Origin: Balanoglossus misakiensis
Taxonomy: Eukaryota; Animalia; Hemichordata
DNA: 64,000 nt
Assembly (NCBI GenBank): GCA_040954595.2
Contig: CM082583.2
Location: 1,560,925 to 1,624,924, forward strand
Direction of reading: 5' to 3'
In this document: in pieces, positions 48,346 through 61,870 of the stretch
Position numbering within the stretch: position 1 is the stretch's first letter
Layout: every line of letters starts with the position of its first letter
Notes under the pieces: model-generated
The model's database searches: none
What the model saw: only the letters and a program-made list of their open reading frames with translations
What the model was told of the DNA's origin: nothing
Translations under genes and position numbers: made by a program

Positions 48346-50845
48346 AAATAGAATAACTGGCAGCCACTATGATGTCTGCCACAGGCAAATTTAAATATTC
48401 CACTCTGGATCTTCTTTCAGCCCTTCGGAAAACATGAGCATTTATGAAATCCGGCTCTCAATTTTTCGAGAAGTTCCAGCAGTTGTGGTGTCGCCAAAAA
48501 CGAATGTATGCCATTCCTGGAGGAAAAAAATATGCAAGAGACGCTTGCAATACACTGCCATCTACCTGACCGCCCTACATGCCTTAATGTAAGGTAGAAG
48601 GTCGGGCGGTAGGAAGAGTTCACCAAAAGAGGGCGCATTTTATCATCCATTGATTTATACTGTGTACGAGCAGAGAAGCCTCAGTGTTCGCGGTTAGAAC
48701 CGTATCGGTAAGACAAAGACAGAAGAGTTGACAGACAACTAACTTATTCAGTTTATATCATATAATTCTTACTGTAAAACGTTCCCTGAATAAAGCCTTG
48801 TGCTCATAAGAACATTGAAGATTGTCGCATACAGACCGACACCCTTTTATCTATTGTAGGTATTGAATAGAACGCTAAATACCTGTGTATTTCTTATTCA
48901 TTAAGCAATGATGTAACACAACAAGTTTCGGACAGTGTGAAGAAAGGGCCAAAGCACTCTTGCAAGTTAGTGTTGTGTACTCTTTTCCAACACTGCTGCA
49001 AGCTGTTCAGCACCTGATGCTGCTTGTATCTCCGATGACAAATGGACAGTCTGTGTGCTGTCAAAGTAAATCCATCAATTTTGCGGAGCTGAAAGGAAAA
49101 TGACAGCTTGTCAAACTCAAATCTGCCAGACGAAATAGGGAAAGAAATACATAACAGGTAATCCACCATAGTATGAATTTTAGCCAGCATCCTATGAAAT
49201 GCGGTGAAACGGAACTGCAATTAATTTTAAATGAATTCTGCTCAAATTGTTTTGTTAGTTCTCAACATTGGATTGGAACCGTTAAATATAATGTACCGTA
49301 TAACATTATCATACAGGTTAGTATGTCAAATATTTTTCCATTTGGCATTTTCTTCTTGAGGTCATTTCAACAGTATGCACACCACAGTTTGTGAGATATG
49401 GACAGAAACAAACAGGAATCTATGCAATGTTATAATAGTATATTATTGTTAACAAGAAAGCGGCAACTCTCTGCCTGGCAGAGAATAATGATAGTCTTTT
49501 TGAAAAAAGGGCGTGCTGAGGATATGGTCAGTCAAAAACATACATGTATAAGGTATGCCTGAACTAATTTTTAACATGGTGTACATAAATATTTATGCAT
49601 TGTCACAATGACTGGAGGTCTTTAAATGACCAAGCTGTATGGACACCTCATTCAATGTTACATATATTTGTTATTACATGTTTATTGAAATTGCCAGTTG
49701 TCTGTTTTAATTCTGGCAGTTCTGCTGTGTCTTTTGTCTTGCCCTGACAGAATGCAGTAATATTTGCAGTACAAGAGGAGTGTCAGTAAATAGTGGAGCA
49801 ATATCTTTCTACGAATGTACTCATGCATTGCTCCAAAGTGAAGTACATTCGCAAAACCAGTTTGGGAAATCGGGACTCTTTTCAAGATAATACCACATTT
49901 TTGTGGATGTCACATGACATGGAAACACTCTAGAATCACGATTGAGATAAGGTTTCGGTTTGATATACCACTTCCTTGTTATTTCAATCTGTATGTTTTC
50001 TTAACCCCCTCCCTCGAAAAAGGTAATTGAGGTAATTGTAAAATTACCTGAAAACAAACAGGCTACTCTAGCCTCCATTTTATGAGGTTTGTGATGTAAC
50101 ATATTTTGAATTTCGTGAATCGATCAAAAGTTTCCGTGCACTAACTATCAAAACTATACCAAAAAATAATTTGGGCAATTCATAAGGAGAATCTAGTGGG
50201 TCAGCGGCTATAGAACTGACGTAAGTGTAAGTATCAGAGGATTGTGGGTACGAGGCTGGGAAGAGCAAAACTCGAACACTCATGAAATCTACACGTGACG
50301 CCAAATTCTTTGTAATATGAACAGTGGAAAACTGCCATGCCATCCCTCTAAGTGCAAACTTCCAAAGATTTCAATCTGGTGATATTTAAAAAAAATATTT
50401 TATTCAAATTCATGTGGTGATATTTAAAAAAAAATATTTTATTCAAATTCATGTTATAAATTAAACTTGCATCTATGATATAGAAATGACTCTGTCTTAT
50501 ATAAGAAAAATACAAATAACTTGGTTAGATGACCAAAGATTTCCCATCTCGAAAAGTTTCTACCAAAATGACTAACTCCAAATCTGCTAAGAGAGCCCTA
50601 GCATATTTAATCACTGCACATTACTCTCGATAAAACGAAATATTGCGCATTCATTTTGTCCTTGAATTGAAATGCATGGCCAGTGTTCATAGACTCCACA
50701 CACACAGGATGTTTAAGGAGTTGAATTGTTATTGACAGCGACCAGGTCGGTAGATTCTATAGGATGAAGAAAAAATGAAAAGACAGTCAGTACATAGCTA
50801 AATTCTCCTATACAAGGGCGTCTTCAATTGGTACAGTGACTGACT

Positions 50846-50938
50846 GAATGGATGAATGAATGAATGAATGAATGAATGAATGAATGAATGAATGAATGAA
50901 TGAATGAATGAATGAATGAATGAATGAATGAATGATGA
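50846..50938. repeat. (TGAA)n microsatellite
   Basis: Visible run. Confidence 0.96.
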
Positions 50939-51017
50939 ACGGATGAGTCGTAATAATATGCTTCAATCATAGGGGCTTTGAAAATTATTAAAATAAAATA
51001 AAAAATAATGTACTCAC

Positions 51018-53960
51018 AACCGATATTTATACAACAGACAGCTCAAGAAACTCCTCCATGTGTACAATACTTTGCCAATTTAGTGACAACATCAGCTTGC
51101 ACAGTCGCATCGATGACCCATATTAGGAGTTGCTTATTAGCATAAAAATTAACATATCATTAATATGTAGAACGCAATCTGACCAATGACGCGCCCGGAA
51201 AGCCGCGCCTCTCACCCATTTCCCCGCCCTTTGTTAAGAAAATCACGACTTTTTCTTTTCAAATGTAAATTTTGGGGTCAAATACGCTGTTTGGGGATAT
51301 CCCGTCAATTGAAAATAAGAAAGTACGAGTCAAACTTGCTACCGGGTCAATAAGAAAATTTTTCACCAGTGCTTTTGTGAAATATTTAATTTTGATTTTG
51401 GCGTCTACGCTATTTTTTGAGGATTTCGCCTGAAAGATGGCGACCTGGTATTAGACAGACCGATGCATGAAATGAAGTGGCGGTGGTCACCTGACTGGTA
51501 CCATCGCAACCAAAACACACGACCTTTCTTCAGGGCCATACATCATTCAAAAGACAAGTACCAGTAGACAGTTTTTACATTTATCTATTGATTCTAGTTA
51601 TGCGACTGAATTGAATATTTTGCATCACACTGAAACTCGTCAGGGAAAAAAACGGGACTCAACCGTACCCTTTGACCTATGACTTTTGATCTTCATACTG
51701 TCAGTCTGTCGATTACTGTCAGTCTGTCGATCGCTGGTAATAATTGTTTTCGTGATGGAATAAGAATTTGTCTACGTTTTCGACAATCAAACATGAGGGT
51801 TACTCTTTGAATAAAGGTAGGGAACATGACGTGACTTGGTGTATGAATTGACGACCTTGACGGATAAGGGCAAGTGGCAGTAAAACGGCGAACTGACCAA
51901 CTGGAAACCGTACAGGCTGGCTGCGCTGGTGTTCAAACAATATTTTTGTCCTCAGTCGACGACGTCCCTCCGCAATAAAGAGTGACTGACGTGTTTCGAC
52001 ATAGTGTTTATTAGTCTGTAAGTCGCAACTCATTACTTTGCATTACTACATGAAGGGGGATTATTATTTCCAGCCCAGCCGCTCAAAGTTTAAGTTGGCT
52101 CACAACAAAATTAAAACGGTAGAGCTTATTATGATCGTGGTGAAATGACAACCTTTGATGTTACGTAGGACGAAATAATCATTTGTCCAGGCTATAGCTA
52201 CAATCATGACTGTCAGCCTGTTTGTGTGGCGACGTACATGCGGTGAGGGTGGGCAGCACGCAGTTACATGCTGAACAGTAGAGGGGAGTAGTATCGGCAA
52301 AATCAAACTTTGCACAACTATAACGCAACCACATCGTCTAGAATAAAGACAACGGGCGTTCCTTTGGCATCTCTTAGTACCTCCATGGTTTTAGGAAATA
52401 TGCGGCCATCATCTGTCTAGCGAGGGGCGAGGACACGGGCGGGCGGCACCCATTGCAAGTGCCTGTATACTTCCCAGGCGTCCGCATCATATTTCAACGG
52501 CGTTGTTTACATGTAACTGTCTAACAGTATTCTAGTACATGTATGTCTTTTGGGGGTGCATGTCCTTAAAAGGTCGCTTTTTGCTTTGGTTGCTGTGCGC
52601 GGTGATATAGACAAGTCAGGTGATCACCGTCACTAGGAAACTTTGGCTCTCGATGAACGCCTTCAATCTACATGCTCTGTCTAATAACGCCATCTTTCAG
52701 GCGAAATCCTCAAAAAATAGCGTAGACGCCAAAATCAAAATTAAATATTTCACAAAAGCACTGGTGAAAAATTTTCTTATTGACCCGGTAGCAAGTTTGA
52801 CTCGTACTTTCTTATTTTCAATTGACGGGATATCCCCAAACAGCGTATTTGACCCCAAAATTTACATTTGAAAAGAAAAAGTCGTGATTTTCTTAACAAA
52901 GGGCGGGGAAATGGGTGAGAGGCGCGGCTTTCCGGGCGCGTCATTGGTCAGATCGCGTTCTACATATTAATGATATGTTAATTTTTATGCTAATAAGCAA
53001 CTCCTAATATGGGTCATCGATGCGACTGTTGCAGAGCACGTGAGCACCGCTTTCGCCAGCCTGTGGTGCCCGCATATCTTTTTTGTTCAGCAGTAACATG
53101 CAAGACACATGCAGAGACACAAACGTCCATGTTGCAAATTGTAGATGAAAGCATCAGCTGCGCTGGTTTTATGGTCAGCATCACTGGCTGTTACATGAAA
53201 ACTGTTTGTCACATACCTTAACCAACATATACGTGTATCTGTATGGAAAGAAAGTAGGCTCACCCCCGGTACAGTATTATTTTTTTTGCATGCACGCAAT
53301 GGCCTGAATTTGCTAAACTGGGATCATCTGCGCGCATTTCAAAACGTGCTCGTTGCTTAACTTCGCGTGCTTTACTACTCACAATTATTCCACTTGTGAA
53401 CGAACACGTCACCCAATTTTACAGTGTAGCCATGTGGAAAACTGGTGACAAGGTAATATTTCATTCGAAGATCAACCTACGTTCAGAAAGTTTGCATTGT
53501 GGTGAATTCTCACTGGTCTCGCAATGCGGTCTGTGGCTCACTGCCGCAGACCGCATTACACGTAGAAATAAATTCTGTACGTCACAGTTCGTAGGTCGCA
53601 TAGGTCATGGAGTTAATCCATTATACATTGCGGCTTACAATTTCTCGTGACCCTCTTATCATGCAGCTTGTGTGTTACTGACCACTGACGCATGTCAAAA
53701 CATTCAATATTTTTTTTAAATTTGCAAAATCTGTCATTTTAAAGTCGTGATACTCACTGCAGATAGCATTCTTTTCAGTAGGAACTATTTCTGCTGCCAT
53801 TTCAATATTGTCTGTATTCCATGTAAATATATTTCCTCCAATTGAACAGTCCCCCGCCACAGCTGCAACCTCTTCTGCAGTCAGAACTTTTGACCACATG
53901 TATGTCATTTAGTCAAGACAATTTGGGAGAACTGTAGTTTAAAGCCTCCAAAGCTGCCAC
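51018..53960 (-). pseudogene. Decayed pentraxin-domain exons, interrupted by a DNA transposon
   Basis: 53908-53758 reads TYMWSKVLTAEEVAAVAGDCSIGGNIFTW... ending at a GTGAGT donor, with an upstream frameshift. 53290-53218 reads ...RICWLR then GTATGT. The reconstructed empty site at 53040/51101 reads SRALQADVVTKLAKYCTHGG with a donor at 51017. Confidence 0.6.
51102..53028. mobile_element. Young non-autonomous DNA transposon with 341-bp TIRs and 5-bp TSD (superfamily uncertain)
   Basis: TIRs 51102-51442 and 52688-53028 (CAGTCGCATCGATGACCC...) differ by about one base by eye. TTGCA is at 51097-51101 and 53029-53033. Confidence 0.9.
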
Positions 53961-54017
53961 TTTTTGCATTATTTTCATGATTTTATTTTCCAACTTAAAT
54001 TGGTTCATCAAAATAAG

Positions 54018-55188
54018 TGTAGCCCGCATATTTTGCCATGGTATTTAGTACCGGTATATGACGACTAGCAAGGGAGTTGTATGTAATACGACCTAGCTAG
54101 GGGGTCTGTTTTTCGGAAAACTTTCTAGAACTTGAGTATGGCGTCAATGATGAGTTTGATCGCCGATGCGGATTTTTGATCGAGGTGTTTTGGCGTGGTG
54201 AGTGTAACGACGGACCTGCTACTTCGAGGCAGACTCCCGCCGGGTCCGATGCCTAGGTAGATGCCGTATTGTCCCGGGATGGACTGTTTTCGCAGGGATA
54301 TAGTCGTTCGGAATCACCACATGTGAGTAGGCGGATTTCGCGCACGTGACGCAGGGAAGGCTGAACTGTTTGTGTAGAGGCCTGCGGAGGATTTGGATGT
54401 TGCCCGTCGGGAGTGAAGACAGACATTTCGTAGTGAGTTGGTGTTGGTTTATTGACATTCTGTGCTTTCATGAGCAGTGCTTATTTCGTCCTTTGAACGT
54501 TTCTGGGACGATTCCAGTGAATTTTGCCGATTGATGAACAATAGACTGTGTAGGAGTGTCCCGGATGTAATCGTGTTCTTATTACCGGAGCTGGACGATT
54601 ACACGAAGTTTGCCGAGCGCCCGAGTGACATCCGTGAAGCGACCACGCCCACAGACGTTGGAAGGTCGTAGCCTGGCATCCGCGCCTCGTCACGGACTTT
54701 CCTGAGTGTGACCGACATCGAGTTTCGTCACGTGTGTATCAGCCAGGACGTTGAGTCGCGTTTGAACTTTTTTTATGTGTAACTACGGTAAAGTTCTGCA
54801 GGGAGAGAGACATTTATTTCTGTGAACATTTTGACTTGATCAGAGATTTCTTGGAGAATCGATGCTGATATTTTCATATCATGTGTAGTGTGTGTTTGAT
54901 TTTGAAGCCATAGTTTGTCAGCAATCCTTTTGAGAGTTTTACTGCAAAATATTGTAAGTTGAGTTTGATATAGTTGTCGGTCAACACTGTAGGTGTTGTA
55001 TTAGTTAATACATCCTGTTCAACAATACATGAGAGTGTGGTAGTTTCTCATTTCACACCCTGCTCCCTGTTGTTGCAAACCTGTAAGTCAACTCCAAACG
55101 AAGAACCCCTGTGGCCCCCGCTCGAGAAATTAATTTGGCTGAGTTCCCTTGCGGCCTACACTATTTCCGTCGCGAAGAGCCGGTTACA
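54018..55188 (+). repeat. 5' LTR
   Basis: TGTAGCC...GGTTACA; duplicated at offset 7853. Confidence 0.97.
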
Positions 55189-55191
55189 AAT

Positions 55192-55210
55192 TGGCGCCCA
55201 AACGTGGGGC
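55192..55210 (+). promoter_or_regulatory. Primer-binding site, tRNA-Lys type
   Basis: TGGCGCCCAAACGTGGGGC, versus the canonical Lys1,2 PBS TGGCGCCCAACGTGGGGC. Confidence 0.88.
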
Positions 55211-55563
55211 CACAGTTTGAAATTTGTCCCCAAATTTTTAGATTTGTGTGCAGGGTACAAATTGGCTGTATGTTTGTTAGAGATATTGAGTATATGTTGG
55301 CTAGGTTGCAACGATAGTGAGGTGTGATATATATGAGAAACATACCTCTGTTGTAGTTGTGCCCACAGTAAACGTTACGAGTATTTGACGGTGCATAGTC
55401 CGCACTACCGGGCCATTATTTTTTTGAGGATACAAAAAGTGTATGTATTACTTTTTCTGTGTCATTTGCGATTGTAATTTAGAGCATTGTTTTCATGTGG
55501 CTGCGTTTGCTATTGGCGAGTATTGCTTTATTGGTATGCGAAACACCTTGTTTGACTACTAAC

Positions 55564-57123
55564 ATGGCGCAAAGCGGGGAAGGAAATTTTACCACTCCCT
55601 TGGGGCGGGGGCGCCCTACGAGCGTACAGTCTGAGACAAGGTCTGCCTTGGGGGCGCTGCCCAAGAGTGCCATAGGACGGGGATTGCAACACAGGTCTTC
55701 CGATGACGCTGGCGCGAGTCAAGTAGCGCATGGCGGCGCGCGTAGCGGCGCGGGTATTGGAGAAAAAGGCAGTCGCGGCAGCCCGTCAGACAGTGGTGTT
55801 ATTGCCGATTTAGAGGGCAGCGACCCGAGGCCACAACCCATCGAGGCAAGTACGCCCTCAACGTTGTTCGGTAATAGAAGTCAACGATCAGATGCGAGTA
55901 TGCTGGCGAGTGTGTACCAACCGCCTCGGCTGGACACGTTTTCGGGTGACCCGAATCGTAAAGGTGACGCTGAATTTGAGATATGGCGGGACCAGGTACA
56001 GTCTTTGATTGACGCGAACATTTATCCGTCCGAAGTTTTGACCCCTGCAGTTCGAAGGTCATTGAAAGGTCGTGCTGCTGGCCTACTTATTACGATGAAG
56101 CGTGATGCTACTGTGGGACAAATTATCAAGAAACTTGAAGGCAGTTTCGGTGAGATGGAAGACGGCGCAGCTCTTCTGGAACGTTTTTACAGAGACAGTC
56201 GGCAGAGAGACGAGGAAACCGCTGTTGAGTTCGGTGACCGCCTAGAGCAGGCTATACATAATGTGAAAAGACATGGCGGTATACGTGACTCCGCCATCGA
56301 TGAGGCATTGATGACTGTGTTTTGGCGTAACTTGAGAGAAGATCGGGTTATTGATATTGCCAGACCACAGAAAGACAGATGCCAAACTTTTGAAGAGTTG
56401 AAGAAAATAGTTCGCATGGCTGAACGAGAAGTTCGCGACAGAGCCAGTATGAACGGACAGAGTAAACACACACCAGCCAGACAGTCTCACCAGTCAGTAG
56501 CCGCAGAGAGACCGATTGTTGACCAGGCTGATGTGGAAAAGTTGCTGAAAGCCATGGCAAAACCTATACAGACATTGCAGGACCGTATAGGCGAATTGGA
56601 AAAGAAACAGACGGCCTCAGCAGCTGGCGGGCAGCACCAGTCTGAAGCCGAACGGCGTATGATAGATGTGGAGAGAGAGTTACATGAACTGCGTAGCAGA
56701 TCAACTGCAGGAAATGAGATTGAACAGTTGCGGAGAGAAAACCAGAAGCTCAAAGAAAAGTTATATGGAGAGAAACGACAACAAAAGAAACAGGATTCTT
56801 CCACCAAACCAACCAAGTGTTTCGCCTGTGGTGAGGAAGGACACCTTGCTAGAGGGTGCACATCGCCGAACAAGAAAGCTGTGAGGTGCTATAACTGTGA
56901 CGGAGAGGGACACATGGCGAAGAGTTGCCCTGAACCGAAAAGAGAAAAGAAGACTGGGTCAGTGCAAGTTCAGACGATACATCCAGCCTATCGTAGACGT
57001 TCTCGCCGTCGTGGTGTTGGACCTACACCGATCATGGCGACAAGATGCGTGAAGTCTAGTAGATTAGTTGGAGAGCCCAACGAAACAGACGCGTTTGCAA
57101 CGGAATTGCTTGTAGATGCTTGA
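55564..57123 (+). CDS. gag: Gag polyprotein (PNMA-like capsid, two CCHC zinc knuckles)
   Basis: RLDTFSG...FEIWRDQV...[10 protein letters not shown]. Knuckles are [14 protein letters not shown] and [14 protein letters not shown]. The ORF is open from 55495; the likely ATG is 55564. Confidence 0.93.
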   Translation: MAQSGEGNFTTPLGRGRPTSVQSETRSALGALPKSAIGRGLQHRSSDDAGASQVAHGGARSGAGIGEKGSRGSPSDSGVIADLEGSDPRPQPIEASTPSTLFGNRSQRSDASMLASVYQPPRLDTFSGDPNRKGDAEFEIWRDQVQSLIDANIYPSEVLTPAVRRSLKGRAAGLLITMKRDATVGQIIKKLEGSFGEMEDGAALLERFYRDSRQRDEETAVEFGDRLEQAIHNVKRHGGIRDSAIDEALMTVFWRNLREDRVIDIARPQKDRCQTFEELKKIVRMAEREVRDRASMNGQSKHTPARQSHQSVAAERPIVDQADVEKLLKAMAKPIQTLQDRIGELEKKQTASAAGGQHQSEAERRMIDVERELHELRSRSTAGNEIEQLRRENQKLKEKLYGEKRQQKKQDSSTKPTKCFACGEEGHLARGCTSPNKKAVRCYNCDGEGHMAKSCPEPKREKKTGSVQVQTIHPAYRRRSRRRGVGPTPIMATRCVKSSRLVGEPNETDAFATELLVDA

Positions 57124-60100
57124 TCGATACAGGTTCGCAAGTGACCATGGTGAGCTCATCATTCTACAATGAGAACTTGAAGTCCTTACCGATCGAGCCC
57201 GTTGAAGAGTTACTAGAGATCCGCGGAGCAGGAGGGCAAGCTGTACCCTTCCTTGGCTGCATAGAAGTTGGTGTGTCGTTCCCGAAGGAAGTGTTCGGGG
57301 ATGGACGGGAGTTCACTGTCCTCATGTTAGTTGTGCCGGATACGGATTACTCGAGGAATGTGCCATTGACGGTGGGCACTAACCTGCTAGGCCTCTACAA
57401 GTACCCACCCAATGGAGTGAAAAAGCGACAGGGTGCCGTCCAGTGTCACAGTATGTCTGCGGTTGGTCGCCAGGCACTTCAGAGATTGGAGGCCAGAGAT
57501 AGATTCATCGGACGGAAAGGAAATTTGGGAGTAGTACGTGCTCTACTTTCCAGCCCTTTGAAAGTACCCCCTAACCAAGCGGAAACTCTGTGGGGCAAAG
57601 CGAAGTCAGGCCCCCCGGGTGACAAGTACGTGGTAGCCATTGAACCTAGTGGGAGATGGGACGAACTTGGTGGTTGGATAGGCGGACCAATCTTAGCCGA
57701 GATGACGTGTGGAAGGAAAAAGTCCAAGGTTCCCATTGTGATACAGAACAGAACCTGCAAGACTTTAGTAGTGAAGCCCGGTGATCCACTAGGAGTTGCA
57801 CGTACAGTGATTGCCATTGAGTCAGAGCCCGTAGTTGTAACAGCAGGACAGCATGGCTGTGACATCGACACTCGAGGACAGAAGATCATCACGAGCGGAG
57901 ATCTTCAGTTCGATATGTCGGAATCAGCGCTTAACGACCAACAGATGAGTGCCGTCCAGCAACTACTTGATGACAAGTCCAGTGTGTTCTCGAAACACGA
58001 AGATGATTTGGGACATTGTACTGCTGTGAAGCACAAGATACCCCTCACTGATAGTCAACCGATGAGAGAACGCCATCGCCGTATTCCCCCGGCGATGTAC
58101 GACGAGGTGAAGCGAGTACTGAAGGGTATGTTGGATAGTGGTGCTATCAGGAAGTCGTACAGTCCTTGGGCAGCACCAATTGTCCTTGTACAGAAGAGAG
58201 ACGGATCTACGAGGCTGTGTGTGGACTATCGAAGATTGAACGCACGCACAATCAGGGATGCGTATCCCATACCTCGCATAGAGGAGACGTTGGACTTGCT
58301 TAACGGTGCAAAGTGGTTCTCTTCCATAGACTTGAAGAGTGGCTATTGGCAGATAGCGATGTCAGAGGAGGATATACCGAAGACGGCATTCACCACCCCA
58401 CTTGGCTTCTTCGAGTGTTGTCGCATGCCATTTGGGCTGAAGAATGCGGGAGCTACCTTCCAACGCACTATGGAGCAGTGCATGGACGGGTTGAATATGA
58501 AGACATGCTTGGTGTATCTCGACGACATCATTGTGTTCTCGTCAACGTTCGAAGAACACCTGGAGAGATTGAAGTTGGTGATGGACCGACTGGAGAGCTA
58601 CAATTTGAAGATAAAGCACACAAAGTGCCAGTTCTTCCGTGATAGAGTCCGATACCTAGGACACGTAGTGTCCGAAGACGGTGTGGAGACTGATCCAGAG
58701 AAGGTGAAAGCTTTGGAGACTTGGCCCATACCTAAGAACGTGCATGAGCTGAAATCGTTCCTAGGGTTTGCCAGCTATTACCGAAGGTTTGTCGAGGGAT
58801 TTGCGAACATAGCGAGGCCACTGACACGCCTCACAGCAGGACACCCTGCGAAGAGGAGGAAAGGAAGAAAACCGACTGATGGCGTGCGGACACAGCCATC
58901 CTTTGTCTGGACGGAAGACTGTCAGCGGGCGTTTGACACTTTGATACGGAGGCTGACTAACCCACCAGTCCTGGCGTATGCTGATTATGGAAAACCCTTT
59001 GAGCTTCACACAGACGCCAGCACTTTGGGCCTAGGTGCGGCTCTATATCAGGAGCATGTTGTTGATGGCAAAACAGTGAAGAGACCTGTGGCCTACGCTA
59101 GTAGAAGTTTGTCACAAAGTGAGAGAAATTACCCTGCTCATAAGCTTGAGTTCCTTGCGTTGAAGTGGGCAATTACAGAGAAATTCCACGATTACTTATA
59201 CGGAAATCGTGTGGAGGTCCTGACAGACAACAATCCCTTGACATACATCACAACGTCAGCGAAGTTGGATGCTACAGGGTACAGATGGTTGGCGGCGTTG
59301 TCCAACTACGACTTCAGCCTAACGTATCGCCCAGGCAGACACAACGGAGATGCGGACGGCTTATCGAGAAAACCTCAGGCGCACGGTCCGGCAGAGAGGG
59401 TCGTACTGTCTTCTGATGAATTCAAGACGGTGTGTCAGGGGCATTCAGTGACATGTCCAACATTGGTAGAGGCTGTTGCCCTTACAGCCGCAGCAGTACC
59501 TACCGCTATTGATGAACCAGAGCCGTGGCCCGGAGAAACCACATTACCAGCCTTGAGGATGTCAGACTGGAAGAGACTTCAAATAGAAGACCCACAGATC
59601 GGCAGATTGTATATGTGGAAAGCCAGAGGTGTACTTCCTACGGTTCCAGAGAGGAAGAAAGAACACCGAGACGTCCAGATCGGTTTGAGAGGGTGGAACC
59701 GACTGTGCTTTAGAGATGGTGTGTTGCACAGGAGCCGTGTCGGGGTAGATGGACAGACACACTACCAGCTTGTATTACCCAAGGCTTACAGAGACACGGC
59801 GCTTGCGGGAGTACATGACAAGACAGGACACTTGGGACAAGAGCGTACCCTAGACCTGTTACGTGCACGGTTCTATTGGCCACACATGAGTCAAGATGTT
59901 AGTGTCAAGATAGAGACGTGTGACAGATGTCTACGGAGAAAGAATCCGTCTGGTGGGAAGACACGAGCACCGCTAGTTAGCATCAAGACCAGCCAACCCA
60001 TGGAGCTTGTCTGCATGGACTTTTTGTCGCTGGAAGAGTCGAAAGGTGGCATCAAGGATGTATTGGTGATTACCGACCATTTTACGAGATACGCGGTGGC

Positions 60101-61451
60101 CATCCCCACGAGAAACCAGTCTGCAAAGACAACAGCCAGGCATCTGTTCGAGAACTTCATGGTGCATTACGGGTTCCCCAGTAGGTTGCATTCAGACCAG
60201 GGCCGCAACTTCGAATCCAGGGTGATCAAAGAACTGTGCGAAGTTGCCGGAATAGAGAAATCGCGAACCACGCCGTACCACCCGCAGGGCAACGGCCAGT
60301 GTGAGCGGTTTAACCGTAGCTTGCTGGAGATGTTGGGAACTCTGGACAACAAGAAAAAGAACGATTGGAAGTCGTATGTAGCGCCGTTAGTGCATGCATA
60401 TAACTGTACGAGAAACGACAGTACGGGTTACTCACCCTACTATCTCATGTTTGGACGGCATCCGAAACTACCGATGGACGTGCATCTCGGTCTGCAACCA
60501 GATGACACCTGCCCAGTGACACATGAGGAGTTTGCCGATACACTCCGGAAGCGTTTGCAGTATGCGTATGATGTTGCGTCCAAGCATGCTGAGAAGAGAG
60601 CAGCAGACAACAAGCAGCGCTACGATCAGAGGGTGCGAGGCGCTGTATTGGAAATCGGCGATAGAGTGCTTGTAAGGAATGTCAACCTCAGAGGAAAGAC
60701 AAAGATAGCGGACAGATGGGAAGAAGAGCCCTATACAGTTGTACGGAAACTGGATTCAGACGTGCCAGTGTACATTATAAAGCCAGTGTCTGGTAAAGGG
60801 AGACAGAGAATATTGCATCGCAATTTGCTGCTGCCATATCACTCGAAAGTAGAGAAGAAAGAGCCGAAGAGCCCGACTTCACCGGTTGAGCGTAAACATC
60901 GAACCAGGTCGACAGTTTTGCGCAAGACCAGTGACCAGATGAAGACTGAATTCGAGAGCGATGACAGTTGTGAAGAAGATGATAACGAGTTCGTACTAGG
61001 TCTCAACCCTTACACACCAGCGTTTGTTCCACGTGCCGTGCCTGAAGCAACACCTCTCCGGAGAGAGGAAGGCTGTAGAAAAGGCAACAACGGTGACGTT
61101 GTACACAAGACTAGTGTTCATACCCCACCGAAATCACATGAAGTGAGCCCAGTGTTGGTGCCTGATGCTGAAGGTGTATATGAGCCATCACCTTGCAGTG
61201 CAGACACGCCGAGCCATGACCAGAGTGAAACCAGACTATCAGAAGGCCCTCAGATGGAACTCGAGATGACAGAAAATTCTCTTGATGTTGCCATGGTGGA
61301 ATCTGATGTCTCTGATGTAGATGAGAGCAGTGTCGTGCAGCCTGCAGAAGACGAGTCGACTGCTGATGCTATGATAGATGATCATGTACCACAGTTTATG
61401 AGGAAATCAACAAGGCTGCGCAAGAAACCTCAGTACTATGGATGGTCTTAA
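57099..61451 (+). CDS. pol: Pol polyprotein (aspartic protease, RT, RNase H, integrase), in the -1 frame relative to gag
   Basis: LIDTGSQVT (PR); [14 protein letters not shown] and YLDD (RT); HTDAS (RH); HDKTGH...[18 protein letters not shown] and ERFNR (IN); acidic tail. Confidence 0.97.
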   Translation, partial: NGIACRCLIDTGSQVTMVSSSFYNENLKSLPIEPVEELLEIRGAGGQAVPFLGCIEVGVSFPKEVFGDGREFTVLMLVVPDTDYSRNVPLTVGTNLLGLYKYPPNGVKKRQGAVQCHSMSAVGRQALQRLEARDRFIGRKGNLGVVRALLSSPLKVPPNQAETLWGKAKSGPPGDKYVVAIEPSGRWDELGGWIGGPILAEMTCGRKKSKVPIVIQNRTCKTLVVKPGDPLGVARTVIAIESEPVVVTAGQHGCDIDTRGQKIITSGDLQFDMSESALNDQQMSAVQQLLDDKSSVFSKHEDDLGHCTAVKHKIPLTDSQPMRERHRRIPPAMYDEVKRVLKGMLDSGAIRKSYSPWAAPIVLVQKRDGSTRLCVDYRRLNARTIRDAYPIPRIEETLDLLNGAKWFSSIDLKSGYWQIAMSEEDIPKTAFTTPLGFFECCRMPFGLKNAGATFQRTMEQCMDGLNMKTCLVYLDDIIVFSSTFEEHLERLKLVMDRLESYNLKIKHTKCQFFRDRVRYLGHVVSEDGVETDPEKVKALETWPIPKNVHELKSFLGFASYYRRFVEGFANIARPLTRLTAGHPAKRRKGRKPTDGVRTQPSFVWTEDCQRAFDTLIRRLTNPPVLAYADYGKPFELHTDASTLGLGAALYQEHVVDGKTVKRPVAYASRSLSQSERNYPAHKLEFLALKWAITEKFHDYLYGNRVEVLTDNNPLTYITTSAKLDATGYRWLAALSNYDFSLTYRPGRHNGDADGLSRKPQAHGPAERVVLSSDEFKTVCQGHSVTCPTLVEAVALTAAAVPTAIDEPEPWPGETTLPALRMSDWKRLQIEDPQIGRLYMWKARGVLPTVPERKKEHRDVQIGLRGWNRLCFRDGVLHRSRVGVDGQTHYQLVLPKAYRDTALAGVHDKTGHLGQERTLDLLRARFYWPHMSQDVSVKIETCDRCLRRKNPSGGKTRAPLVSIKTSQPMELVCMDFLSLEESKGGIKDVLVITDHFTRYAVAIPTRNQSAKTTARHLFENFMVHYGFPSRLHSDQGRNFESRVIKELCEVAGIEKSRTTPYHPQGNGQCERFNRSLLEMLGTLDNKKKNDWKSYVAPLVHAYNCTRNDSTGYSPYYLMFGRHPKLPMDVHLGLQPDDTCPVTHEEFADTLRKRLQYAYDVASKHAEKRAADNKQRYDQRVRGAVLEIGDRVLVRNVNLRGKTKIADRWEEEPYTVVRKLDSDVPVYIIKPVSGKGRQRILHRNLLLPYHSKVEKKEPKSPTSPVERKHRTRSTVLRKTSDQMKTEFESDDSCEEDDNEFVLGLNPYTPAFVPRAVPEATPLRREEGCRKGNNGDVVHKTSVHTPPKSHEVSPVLVPDAEGVYEPSPCSADTPSHDQSETRLSEGPQMELEMTENSLDVAMVESDVSDVDESSVVQPAEDESTADAMIDDHVPQFMRKSTRLRKKPQYYGWS

Positions 61452-61856
61452 CCTGTTGATTAGCCTTTGTCGCGCGATTATGCAAATAGTTGCATGTTTA
61501 TGTTTTGAGTACTGTGAGTGTTTGTATGTGTAATGCAGATGGCACATGTCACAAAAAGGGGGATCAGTGTCCTACAGTATGTGTTTCCTAGACTTCACTA
61601 TACGTGTCAGTGTAATATGTCTTGGTGTTTCATACAAAATCCTTTCTGCTTATATGCGCGTACACCACACATGCATTTATCTGTTGTCCTATGTACTTGG
61701 GATATGTTTGTTCAGATAAGTCCATTTGTGTGTGACAAATATTTCACTTACACTTGAGTAGTAGAACTTTGTAATCTTTTATTGCAATGAGTTTATGAGT
61801 GTTATACATTTCCCAAAAGTGCTTTGAGAGAGCAAAAGTGCGGGACGCACTTTCCC

Positions 61857-61870
61857 GGAGCAGGGGAGAG
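61857..61870 (+). promoter_or_regulatory. Polypurine tract
   Basis: GGAGCAGGGGAGAG immediately before the 3' LTR. Confidence 0.85.

Noticed and set aside
51100-51106. RSS-like heptamer CACAGTC suggesting a RAG transposon end
   Set aside because: The other end reads AACAGTC, and the TTGCA TSD places the termini at CAGTCG, so the leading CA belongs to the target site.
54219-55343. Short ORFs inside the LTR (duplicated at 62072-63066), and a possible env gene
   Set aside because: No recognisable domains. Only about 400 bp separate pol from the PPT, leaving no room for env.
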